A stretch of DNA of 64,000 bases from Chrysomallon squamiferum (lineage: Eukaryota; Animalia; Mollusca): positions 11,160,001 through 11,224,000 of the forward strand of contig CM022666.1 of assembly GCA_012295275.1 (NCBI GenBank). The letters are read 5' to 3'. This document shows positions 48,501-61,552 of this stretch, one piece after another (the first letter of the stretch is position 1; each line of letters opens with the position of its first letter). The notes below the pieces were generated by a model that saw only the letters and a list, made by a program, of their open reading frames with translations, had not been told where the DNA came from and ran no database searches. A program made the translations under genes and the position numbers.

Positions 48501-51500
48501 GAGAATTAAAGTAAACAACTACGTAAATAATTTACCCTAAGTAAGCAAGAAAGGCCAGTAGTAGTGTAAATAATTACCTAAGAAAGGAGAGAAATGTAAT
48601 TAAGTACATTAACAATTACCTAAGTAAGAAAGAAAGAAAGTAAATACATAAATAATTAGATAACTAAGAAAGAAACCTGGTAATTCATAAATAATTAACT
48701 AAGTAAGCATGAATGTAAGTAATTATGTGTAAAATAATTACCTAACTAAGAAAGAAAGCAAGATAAGTACAAATGGTTACCTAAAAGCAAGAAAGAAACA
48801 AGTACATTATAATTACCTAAGAAAGAAAGAATGTAAGTAATTAATAATTACCTAAGAAATTAAGAATGTAAATAACTAAATAATAATTACCTAAGAAAGA
48901 AAGAAAGTAAGTAAGTACGTAAACAATTACCTAAGTAAGAAAAAAAGTAAGTAAAATAATTACCTAAGTAAGAAAGAAAGCTAGTAAATAATTAACTAAA
49001 GTAAGAAAGAATATAAGTAACTATGTGTATAATTACCTAAGTAAGAAAGAAACGAAGTAAGTAATGTAGTAATTACCTAAGAAGTGATTATGTAAATTAC
49101 TAATTACCTAAGAAAGAAAGAAAGTAAGTAAGTACATAAATAATTACCTAAGTAAGAAAGAAAGTAAGTAAGTACGTAAAAAATTCCTAAATAATTAAAA
49201 GAAAGTAAGCAAGTAAATAATACCTAAAAAGTAAATAATAAGTAGATATGTGTATAATTACCTAAGAGAAAGAAAAGGAAGTAAGTACGTAAATAATTAC
49301 CTAAGTAAGAAAAGAATGTAATTAAGTACGTAAAAAAATTACCTAAGCAAGTAAGAAATAAGTAAGTACATTAGTAATTACCTAAGAAAGAAAGAAAGTA
49401 AGTAAATAAATGCGTAAATAATTACCTAAGTAAGAAAGAAAGTAAGTAAGTACGTAAATAATTACCTAAGTAAGGAAGTAAGCTATAAGTACGTAAATAA
49501 TTACCTAAGTAAGAAAATGTAAAGTAAGTACGTCTGTAATTACCTAAAGTAAAGCAAAAGAAAGGAAGTAAGAACGACAATAATTACCTTAAGAAAGTGA
49601 GAATGTAATAATAACTAACTATGTTAACAATTATCTAAGAAAGAAAGAAAAGCAAATAAAGTACATAAATAATTACCTAACTAAGCAAAAAACCTGGTAA
49701 TTTCGTAAATCATTACCTAAGTAAGAATGAAAGCAAAAGTAAGTAGATAATTACTTTGCTAACTAAGCAAGAAATATGATAATTTCCTAAATAATTACCT
49801 AAGTAAGAAGAAGGCCAGTCAGTATGTAAAAATTATCTATGCAAGTAAGAATGTAAGTAAGCACATTAGTAATTACCTAAGAAAGAGAAGAAAGTAAATA
49901 AATACGTAAATAATTACCTAAGTAAGAAAGAAAGTAAGTAAGTACGTAAATAATTACCTAAGTAAGCAAGTAAGCTGGCAATTACGTAAAATAATTACCT
50001 AAGTAAGAAATAATATAAGTAATTATGTGTATAATTACCTAAAGTAAGAAAGAAAGCAAGTAAGTACGTCAATAATTACCTTAGCAAGTAAGAATGTAAA
50101 TAACTGTTAAAGAATTACCTAAGAAAGAAAGAAAGCAAGTAAGTACGTAAATAATTACCTAAGTAAGAAAGAAAGTAAGTACGTAATATAATTACCTAAG
50201 TAAGAAAGTAAAGCTAGTAATTATGTAAAAAATTACCTAAGTAAGAAAGAATATAAGTAACTATGTGTAATAATTACCTAAGTAAAGAAAGAAAGGAAGT
50301 AAGTACATTTAATTACCTGAGAAAGTGATAATTAAATAAGTACGTAAATAATTACCTAACTAAAAGCAAGAAGAACGTAAAGGAAGTACATTAAATAATT
50401 ATGTAAGAAAGACAGAAAGTAAATAAGTTAGTAAATAATTACCTAAGTAAGAAAGAAAGTAAGTAAGTACGTAAATAATTACCTAAGTAAGGAAGTAAGC
50501 TGGCAGGTACGTAAATAATTACCTAAGTAAGATAGAATGTAAGTAAGTACGTCTGTAATTACCTAAGTAAGCAAGAAAGGAAGTAAGAACGACAATAATT
50601 ACGTTAGAAAGTGAGAATGTAATTATGTACGTTAACAATTATCTAAGTAAGAAAGAAAGCAAGTAAGTACATAAGTAATTAGCTAACTAAGCAAAGAACC
50701 TGGTAATTTCGTAAATCATTACCTAAGTAAGCATGAAAGCAAGTAAGTACATAAGTACTTTGCTAACTAAGAAAGAAATATGGTAACTTCGTAAATAGTT
50801 ACCTAAGTAAGCAAGAAGGCCAGTCAGTATGTAAAACATTGCCTATGCAAGTAAGAATGTAAGTAAGCACATTAGCAATTACCTAAGAAAGAAAGAAAGT
50901 ATGTAAATACTAAATAATTCCCTAAAGAAGAAAGTAAGTCAGTAGGTATATAATTACCTAAGTAAGCAAGTACTCTACTAATTACTTAAATAAGTATCTA
51001 AGTAAGATATAATATCAGTAATTATGTGTATAATTACCTAACTAAGAAAGAAAGCAACGAAGTACATCAATAGTTACCTCAGCAATTAAGAATGTAAATA
51101 ACTACATTACTAATTACCTAAGAAAGAGGGAAAGTAAATAAGTACGTAAATAATTACCTAAGTAAGAAAGAAAGTAAGTAAGTACGTAAATAATTACCTA
51201 AGTAAGGAAGTAAGCTAGTAGATAGGTAAATAACTACTTAAGTAGGAAAGAATATAAGTAACTATGTGTATAATTACCTAAGTAAGCAAGAAAGGAAGTA
51301 AGTACGTCTTTAATTACCTAAGTAAGTGATAATGTAATTAAGTACGTAAATAATTACCTAAGCAACTAAGAACGTAAGGAAGTACATTAGTAATTACCTA
51401 AGAAAGACAGAAAGTAAATAAGTACGTAAATAATTACCTAAGTAAGAAAGAAAGTAAGTACGTAAATAATTACCTAAGTAAGAAAGAAAGTAAGTCAGTA

Positions 51501-54500
51501 CGTAAATAATTACCTAAGTAAGCAAAGAACTAATTAACATAAATAAGAATATGTAAGTAAGATATAATACCTCAGTAATTGTGTGTATAATCACCTAAGA
51601 AAGAAAGCAACAAGAAGTACATCAATAATTACCTCAAGCAAGTAAGAATGTAAATAAGTACATTACTAATTACCTAAGAAAGAGGGAAAATAATTACCTA
51701 AGTAAATAAGTACGTAAACAATTACCTAAGTAAGAAAAGAAAGTAAGTAAATGTACGTAAATAATTACCTAAGTAAGGAAGTAAGCTGGCAGGTACGTAA
51801 ATAATTACCTAAGTAAGATAGAATGTAAGTAAGTACTGTAATTACCTCAGTAAGGAAGAAAGCAAGTAAGAACGACAATAATTACGTTAGAAAGTGAGAA
51901 TGTAATTATGTACGTTAACAATTATCTAACTAAGAAAGAAAGCAAGTAAGTACATAAGTAATTAGCTAACTAAGCAAAGAACCTGGTAATTTCGTAAATC
52001 ATTACCTAAGTAAGCATGAAAGCAAGTAAGTACATAAGTACTTTGCTAACTAAGCAAGAAATATGATAAACTTCGTAAATAGTTACCCAAGTAAGGAAGA
52101 AGGCCAGTCAGTATGTAAAACATTGCCTATGCAAAGTAAGAATGTAAGTAAGCACATTAGCAATTACCTAAGAAAGAAGAGAAAAGTATGTAAATACTAA
52201 ATAATTCCCTAAGTAAGAAAGAAAGTAAGTCAGTAGGTATATAATTACCTAAGTAAAGAAGTAAACTAATTACTTAAATAAGTATTAAGTAGTAAGATAT
52301 AATATCAGTAATTATGTGTATAAAGGAACTAACAAAACAAATTAAAGCAAAAGAAGTACATCAATCGTTAATAATTACCTCAGCAATTAAGAAAGTAAAA
52401 TAACTACATTACTAATTACCTAAGAAAGAGGGAAAATAAATAAGTAAAGTAAATAATTACCTAAGGTAAGAAAGAAAGTAAATAAATCCTTAGGTAAATA
52501 ATTACCTAAGTAAGGAAGTAAATAATTACTAGTGAGATAAGTAAATAACTATCTATGTAAGAAAGAATATAAGTAACTATGTTATAATTACTTAAGAAAA
52601 AAAAAAAAAAAAGTAAGTACGTCTTTAATTACCTAAGTAAGAAAGAAAGTAATTAAGTACGTAAATAATTACCTAAGTAAGAACGTAAGGAAGCAGGTAT
52701 TAGTAATTAATTAAGAAAGACAGAAAGTAAATAAGTGTCTGTAATTACCTAAGTAAGCAAGAAAGGAAGTAAGAACGGCAATAATTACGTTAGAAAGTGA
52801 GAATGTAATTATGTACGTTAACAATTATCTAACTAAGATAGAATGTAAGTAAGTACGTCTGTAATTACCTAAGTAAGCAAGAAAGGAAGTAAGAACGACA
52901 ATAATTACGTTAGAAAGTGAGAATGTAATTATGTACGTTAACAATTATCTAACTAAGAAAGAAAGCAAGTAAGTACATAAGTAATTAGCTAACTAAGCAA
53001 AGAACCTGGTAATTTCGTAAATCATTACCTAACTAAGCATGAAAGCAAGTAAGTACATAAGTACTTTGTTAACTAAGCAAGAAATATGATAACTTCGTAA
53101 GTAGTTACCTAAGTAAGCAAGAAGGCCAGTCAGTATGTAAAACATTGCCTATGCAAGTAAGAATGTAAGTAAGCACATTAACAATTACCTAAGAAAGAAA
53201 GAAAGTATGTAAATACTAAATCATTCCCTAAGTAAGAAAGAAAGTAAGTCAGTAGGTATATAATTACCTAAGTAAGCAAGTACTCTACTAATTACTTAAA
53301 TAAGTATGTAAGTAAGATATAATATCAGTAATTATCTGTATAATCACCTAAGAAAGAAAGCAACGAAGTACATCAATAGTTACCTCAGCAAGTAAGAATG
53401 TAAATAACTACATTACTAATTACCTAAGAAAGAGGGAAAGTAAATAAGTATGTAAATAATTACCTAAGTAAGAAAGAAAGTAAGTAAGTACGTAAATAAT
53501 TACCTAAGTAAGCAAGAAAGGAAGTAAGTACGTCCTTAATTACCTAAGTAAGTGATAATGTAATTAAGTACGTAAATAATTACCTAAACAACTAAGAACG
53601 TAAAAGCAATTAGTAATTACCTAAGAAAGACAGAAAGTAAATAAGTATTACCTAAATACCTAACAAAGTAAGTACGTAAGTAATTACCTAAGTAAGGAAG
53701 TAAGCTGGCAGGTACGTAAATAATTACCTAAGTAAGATAGAATGTAAGTAACTACGTCTGTAATTACCTAAGTAAGCAAGAAAGCAAGTAAGAACGACAA
53801 TAATTACGTTAGAAAGTGGGACTGTAATTATGTACGTTAACAATTATCTAACTAAGAAAGAAAGCAAGTAAGTACATAAGTAATTAGCTAACTAAGCAAA
53901 GAACCTGTGTATAATCACCTAAGAAAGAAAGCAACGAAGTACATCAATAGTTACCTCAGCAATTAAGAATGTAAATAACTACATTACTAATTACCTAAGA
54001 AAGAGGGAAAGTAAATAAGTACGTAAATAATTACCTAAGTAAGAAAGAAAGTAAGTAAGTACGTAAATAATTACCTAAGTAAGCAAGTAAGCTAGTAGAT
54101 ACGTAAATAACTACTTAAGTAGGAAAGAATATAAGTAACTATCTATATCATTACCTAAGTAAGCAAGAAAGGAAGTAACTACGTCCTTAATTACCTCAGT
54201 AAGTGATAATGTAATTAAGTACGTAAATAATTACCTAAGCAACTAAGAACGTAAGGAAGTACATTAGTAATTACATAAGAAAGATAGAAACTAAATAAGT
54301 ACGTAAATAATTACCTAAGTAAGAAAGAAAGTAAGTCAGTACGTAAATAATTAGCTAAGTAAGGAAGTAAGCTGGCAGCTACGTAAATAATTACCTAAGT
54401 AAGATTGAATGTAAGTAAGTACGTCTGTAATTACCTAAGTAAGCAAGAAAGGAAGTAAGAACGACAATAATTATGTTAGAAAGTGAGAATGTAATTATGT

Positions 54501-57500
54501 ACGTTAACAATTATCTAACTAAGATAGAATGGTAAGTAACTACGTCTGTAATTACCTAAGTAAGCAAGAAAGCAAGTAAGAACGACAATAATTACGTTAG
54601 AAAGTGGGAATGTAATTATGTACGTTAACAATTATCTAACTAAGAAAGAAAGCAAGTAAGTACATAAGTAATTAGCTAACTAAGCAAAGAACCTGGTAAT
54701 TTCGTAAATCATTACCTAACTAAGCATGAAAGCAAGTAAGTACATAAGTACTTAGCTAACTAAGAAAGAAATACGGTAATTTCGTAAATAATTACCTAAG
54801 TGAGCTAGAAATCCAATCAGTATGTAAAAAATTACCTATGCAAGTAAGAATGTAAGTAAGCACATTAGCAATTACCTAAGAAAGAAAGAAAGTATGTAAA
54901 TACTAAATAATTCCCTAAGTAAGTAAGAAAGAAAGTCAGTAGGTACATAATTACCTAAGTAAGCAAGTACTCTACTAATTACTTAAATAAGTATGTATGT
55001 AAGATATAATATCAGTAATTATGTGTATAATCACCTAACTAAGAAAGAAAGCAACGAAGTACATCAATAGTTACCTCAGCAAGTAAGAACGTAAATAACT
55101 ACATTACTAATTACCTAAGAAAGAGGGAAAGTAAATAAGTACGTAAATAATTCCCTAAGTAAATAATTCCTTAAGTAAGAAATGTAATTAAGTACGTAAA
55201 TAATTACCTAAAACTAAGAACCTAATTAAGCACCTAAGAAAGACAGAAAGTAAGTAATCTACTAATTACCTAATTAAGCAAGTAATCTACTAATTACGTA
55301 AACAAGTATATAAGTAAGATATAATATAAGTAACTATGTGTATAATTACCTAGGTAAGAAAGAAAGCAAGGAAGTACATCAATAGTTACCTGAGCATGTA
55401 ATTAAGAGTTTAAGAAAATACATTAGTAATTACCTAAGAAAGACAGAAAGCAAATAAGTACGTAAATAATTACCTAAGTAAGAATGAAAGCCAGTAGATA
55501 CGTAAATAATTACTTAAGTAAGAAAGAATATAAGTAACGATGTGTATAATTACGTAAGTAAGCAAGAAAGCAAGTAAGTACGTCATTAATTACCTAAGTA
55601 TGTGAGAATGTAAGCAAGTACGTAAATAATTACCTAAGCAAGTAAGAATGTAAGAAAGTACATTAACTATTACCTATGACAGACAGAAAGTATGGAAGTA
55701 CCTAAATAATTATCTAAGTATGAAAGAAAGTAAGTAAATATGTAAATAATTACCGAAGTGCTAAGTAAGAAAGAATGTAAGTACGTTAATAATTACCTAA
55801 GTAAGAAAGAAAGTATGTAAGTACGTAAATAATTACCTAAGTGAACAAGTAATCTAGAAACTATTTAAATAATTATCCTAGAAAGAAATAATATTAGTAA
55901 CTATATGTATATTTACCAAAGTAAACAATAAAGCAAGTAAGTACGTCATTAATTACCTAATTAAGTGAGAATGTAAGTACGTTAACAATTATCCAAGTAA
56001 GAAAGAAAGCAAGTACACAACTACTTAACTAAGCAAGAAATATGGTAATTCTGTAAATAATGACCTAAGTAAGCGAGAAATCAAGTAAGTAGGAAATAAT
56101 TACATAAGCCAGAAAGAATGTAAGCAAGTACATTAGCAATTTCCCAAGAAACAATGAAATTAAGTAAGTACGTAAATAATTACATAAGTAAGCAAGTATG
56201 CTAGTAAGAATGTAAATAATTACCTATCAAAGAAAGAATGTCAGTCACTGTTTATAATTACCTACGTAATCAAGAAAGCAAGTAAGTACGTCAATAATTA
56301 CCTAAGTAAGTTAGAATATAAGTAAGTACGTTAACAGTTAATCTAAGTTAGAAAGAAAGCTATTTAGTACATAATTAAGCAAAGAAAATAGTAATTTCGT
56401 TAATAATACCTAAGTAAGCAAGAAAGGAACTAAGCACCTAAATAATTACCTAACCGAATAAGAATGTAAGTACATTAGCAATTACCTAAGAAAGAAAAAA
56501 GTACGTAAATAATTACCTTAGTAAGCAAGTAAGCTAGTAAGTACATAAATAATTACCTAAGTAAGAAAGAATGTAAATAAGTATGTGTATAATTACCTAA
56601 GTAAGGAAGAAATCAAGTAAGTACGTCGATATTTACCTAAGAAATTGAGAATGTAAGTAAATACGTAAAGAATTATCTAAGTAAGAATGAAAGCAAGTAA
56701 GTACATCAGTAGTTAGCTAACAAAGAAAGGAACCTGGTAATTTCGTAAACAATTACCTAAGTAAGCAAGAAAGCAAGTAAGTAGGTCAATTATTACCTAA
56801 GTAAGAATGTATGTAAGTACATTAGCAATTACCTAAGAAAGAAAGAAAGAAAGAAAGAACGTAAATAATTACCTAAGTAACAAAGAAAGTAAGTAAATAC
56901 GTAAATAATTACCTAAGAAAGCAAGTAAGCTAGTAAGAATGTAATTAATTATCTAAGTAAGAAAGAATGTAATTAAGTACGTGTATAATTACCTAAGTAA
57001 GCAAGAAAGCAAGTAAGTAGGTCAATTATTACCTAACTAAGAATGTAGGTAAGTATGTTAACAATTTTCTAAGGAAGAAAGAAAGTACGAAAAAAAATTA
57101 CCTATGTAAACATGCAAGCTAGTAAGTACGTAAATAATTACTTAAGTAACAAAGAATGTAAGTAACTACGTGTATAATTATCTAATTAAGCAAGAAATCA
57201 AGTATGTCTATAATTACGTAAGTAAGTGACAATGTAAGTAAGTACGTTAACAGTTATCAAAGTAAGAAAGAAAGCAAGTAAATACATAAGTAATTAGCTA
57301 TCTAAGCAATGAACCTGGTAATTTCGTAAATAACTACCTAACAAAGCAACACAGCAAGTAATTACGTAAATAATTACCTAAGCAAGAAAGAATGTAAGTA
57401 AGTACATTATCAATTACCTGAGTAAGAAATTAAGTACGTATATAATTATCTATGTAAGAAAGTAAGTAAGTACGTAAATAATTACCTAAGTAATCTGCTA

Positions 57501-60500
57501 AGCTAGCAAGTACGTAAATAATTACCTAGGTAAGAAAGAATGTAAGTAACTATGTGTATTCGTACCTAAGTGAGCAAGAAAGCAAGTAAGTACATCAATA
57601 ATTACCTAAGTAAGTGAGAATGTAAGTAAGTGCGTTAACAATTATCTATGTAAGAAAGAAAGCAGGTAAGTACATAAGCACTTAGCTAACTAAGCAAGGA
57701 ACTTGTTAATTCCGTAAATAATTACCAAAGTAATCAAGAAAGCAAGTAAGTACGTAAATAATTACCTAAGCAAGTAAAAATGAAAGTAAGTACATTAGCA
57801 ATTACCTAAGAAACAAAGAAAGTAAGTACGTACCTATAAGAAAGAAAGTAAGTAAGTACGTAAATATCTGCCTAAGTAAGAACAAATGTAAGTAACTATG
57901 TGTATAATTATCTAAGTAAGCAAGAAAGCTTGTAAGTAGGACAATAATTACCTAAGTAAGTGAGAATGTAAGTAAGTGCGTTAACAATTAATCGAAGTTA
58001 GAAAGAAAGCTAGTAAGTACATAATTAAGCAAGGAACCTGGTATTTTCGTAAATAATTACCTAAGTAAGCAAGAAAGCAAGTAAACACCTAAATAATTAC
58101 CTAAGCAAATAAGAATGTAAGTACATTAGCAATTACCTAAGAAAGAAAGAAAGAAAGAAAGAAAGTACATAACTAATAACTTAAATAAGAAAGAAAGAAA
58201 GAATATAAATAATTATCTAAGTAAACAAGTAAGTTAGTAAGTACATAAATAATTACCTAAGTAAGAAAGAATGTAAGTAAGTACGTTTATAATTATCTAA
58301 GTAAGAAATCAAGTAAGTACATAAGTAGTTAGCAAACAAAGCAAGGAACCTGGTAATTTCGTAAATCATTACCACAGTAAGCATGAAACCAAGTAAGTAC
58401 ATAAGTACTTAGCTAACTAAGCAAGAAATATGGTAACTCTGTAAATAATGACCTAAGTAAGCAAAAAATCAAGTAAGTAGGAAATAATTACATAAGCAAG
58501 AAAGAATGTAGGTAAGTACATTAGCAACTACCTAAGAAAGAAATATAGTAAAAATATGTAAATAACTACCTCAGTAAGAAAGAAAGTAAGTACCAAAATA
58601 GTTACCTATGTATGCAAGTAACCTACTAATTACGTAAATAAGTATCTAAGTAAGACAGAATATAACTATGTGTATAATTACCTAAGTAAGCAAGTAAGCA
58701 AGTAAGTACGTAAATAATTACCTAAGCAAGTAAGAATGTAAGTACATAAGCAATTACCTAAGACAGACAGAAAGTAAGTACCTAAATAATTATCTAAGTA
58801 ACAAAGAAAGTAAGTATGTATGTAAATAATTATCTAAGTAAGAAAGAATGTAAGTACGTTAATAATTACCTAAGTAGAAAAGAAAGTATGTAAGTACGTA
58901 AATAATTACCTTAGTAAGCAAGTAATCTAGAAACTAGTTAAATAATTATCTAAGAAATAAGTAGTTTAAGTAACTCTATGTTTAATTACCAAAGTAAACA
59001 AGAAAGCAAGTAAGTACGTCAATAATTACCTAAGTAAGTGTGAATGTAAATAAGTACCTTAACAATTACCTAAGAAACAAAGAAAGTAAGTACATAAATA
59101 ATTACCTAAGTAACTATGTAAGCTAGTAAGTACGTAAATAATTACTTAAGTAAGAAAGAATGTAAGTCAGTACGTGTATAATTACCTAAGTAAGCAAGAA
59201 TTCAAGTAAGTATGTCTGTAATTACCTAAGTAAGTGACAATGTAAGTAAGTACGTTAACAGTTATCTAAGTAAGAAAGAAAGCAAGTAAGTACATAAGTA
59301 GTTAGCTATCTAAGCAATGAACCTGGTAATTTCGTAAATAAATACCTAACTAACCAAGACTCCAAGTAATTACTTAAATAATTACCTAAGCAAGAAAGAA
59401 TGTACATAAGTGCATTAGCAATTACCTGATTAAGAAACTAAGTAAGTACGTATATTATTATCTATGTAAGAAAGAAAGTAAGTACGTAAATAATCACCTA
59501 AGTATTCTGCTAAGCTAGTAAGTACGTAAATAATTATCTAGGTAAGTAACTATTTGAATTCGTACCTAAGTGAGCCAGAAAGCAAGTAAGTACGTCAATA
59601 ATTACCTAAGTAAGTGAGAATGTTGTAAGTACGTTAACAATTATCTAAGAAAGAAAGCAAGTAAGTACATAAGCACATAGCTAACAAAGCAAGGAACCTG
59701 GTAATTCCGTAAATAATTAGCAAAATAATCAAGAAAGCAAGTAAGTACATAAATAATTACCTAAGAAAGAAAGAATGTAAGTAAGTACGTGTATAATTAA
59801 CTAAGTAAGCAAGAAATCAAGTAAGTACATAAGTAGTTAGCTAACAAAGCAAGGAACCTGGTAATTTCGTAAATCATTACCTCAGTATGCATGAAACCAA
59901 GTAAGTACATAAGTACTTTGCTAACTAAGCAAGAAACGCGGTAATTTCGTAAATAATTACCTAAGTAAGCAAGAAGGCCAGTCAGTATGTGAAAAACTAC
60001 GTATGCAAGTGAGAATGTAAGTACATTAGCAATTACCTAAGAAAGAAATAAAGTAATAAATATGTAAATAATTATCCTAAGTAAGCAAGAAAGCAACAAT
60101 TACCTAAGTAAGATAGAATGTAAGTAAGTACAATTACCTAAGTAAGCAAGAAAGCAAGTAAGAACGACAATAATTACGTTAGAAAGTGAGAATGTAATTA
60201 TGTACGTTAACAATTATCTAACTAAGAAGGAAAGCAAGTAAATACATAAGGAATTAGCTAACTAAGCAAAGAACCTGGTAATTTCGTAAATCATTAACTA
60301 AGTAAGCATGAAAGCAAGTAAGTACATAAGTAATTAGATAACAAAGCAAGGAACCTGGTAATTACCTAGGTAAGCAAGAAAGCAAGTAAGTACGTAAATT
60401 ATTACCTACGCAATTAGTAATGTAAGTAAGTACATTAGCAATTACCTAAGAAAGAAAGAAAGAAAGAAAGACAGTAAGAACGTAAATAATTACCTAAGTA

Positions 60501-61552
60501 ACAAAGAAAGTAAATACGTAAATAATTACCTAAGTAAGCAAGTAATCTAGTAAGAATGTTATTAATTACCTAAGTTAGTCAGAATGTGAGTACGTTAACA
60601 ATAATCTAAGTAAGAAAGAAAGCAAGTACGTAAATAATTACCTAGTTAAGATAGAATGTAATTAAGCACGTGTATAATTACCTAAGTAAGCAAGAAAGCA
60701 AGTATGTAGGTCTATAATTACCTGAGAATGTAAGTACGTTAACAATTATCTAAGTAAGAAAGAAAGCAAGTACATAAGTACTTAGCTAACTAAGCAAGGA
60801 ACATGGTAATTTGGTAAATAATTACCTATGTAAGCAAGAAAGCAACTAAGTATGTAAATAATTACCTAAGCATGAAAGAAAGTGAGTACGTAATTTATCA
60901 CCAAAGTAAGTAAGAAAGAACGTAAATAATTAGCTAAGAAAGAAAGATCGTAAGTACGTAAATAATTACCTAAGAAAGAAAGGAAGGAAGTAACTACTGA
61001 ATGATTAGCTAAGAAAACAAGAACGTGATTAAATAAGTAAATAATTACCTAAGTAAGTAAGAAAGGAAGGAAGTAACTACTGAATGATTAGCTAAGAAAA
61101 CAAGAACGTGATTAAATAAGTAAATAAATACCTAAGTAAGTAAGGGAGGAAGTATGTTCGTAAGTAATTAACTAAGTAAGTAACAAAGTAAGTAGGTAGG
61201 TAAAATAATTACCTAAGAAAGAATGAAATTAACTTGGTAAGTAAATAATTACCTAAGTAACAAAGAAAGTAAGTATATTCTTAAATTATTATTTATGTAA
61301 GTAAGAAGGAAAGTAAGTATGGAAATAACTACCAAAGTAAGAGAAAAAGGAAGGAAGTAAATAATTACCTAAGTAAGAAAGTAAGTACTTATGTAATTAC
61401 CTAATTAAGAAATAAAGTAAGTGAGTAAATAGTTACCTATGTCAGTGAGAAAGTAAGTAAGTACGTAAATAATTACCTAAGTAAGTATGAAAGTAAGTAC
61501 GCATATAATTAGCTAAGAAAGAAATAACGTAAGTATGAAAATAATTACATAA
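45571..61552. repeat. ~16-kb satellite array, ~40-bp monomer (~400 copies) with higher-order structure
   Basis: Consensus AATAATTACCTAAGTAAGAAAGAAAGTAAGTAAGTACGTA; 120-bp (3-mer) near-perfect duplication at 52741/52861; diagnostic variant monomers recur in the same order. Confidence 0.97.

Noticed and set aside
45571-61552. CRISPR-like appearance (constant core plus variable spacer)
   Set aside because: The variable parts are mutually homologous TAAG/AAAG derivatives, not unique spacers; eukaryotic context and no cas genes
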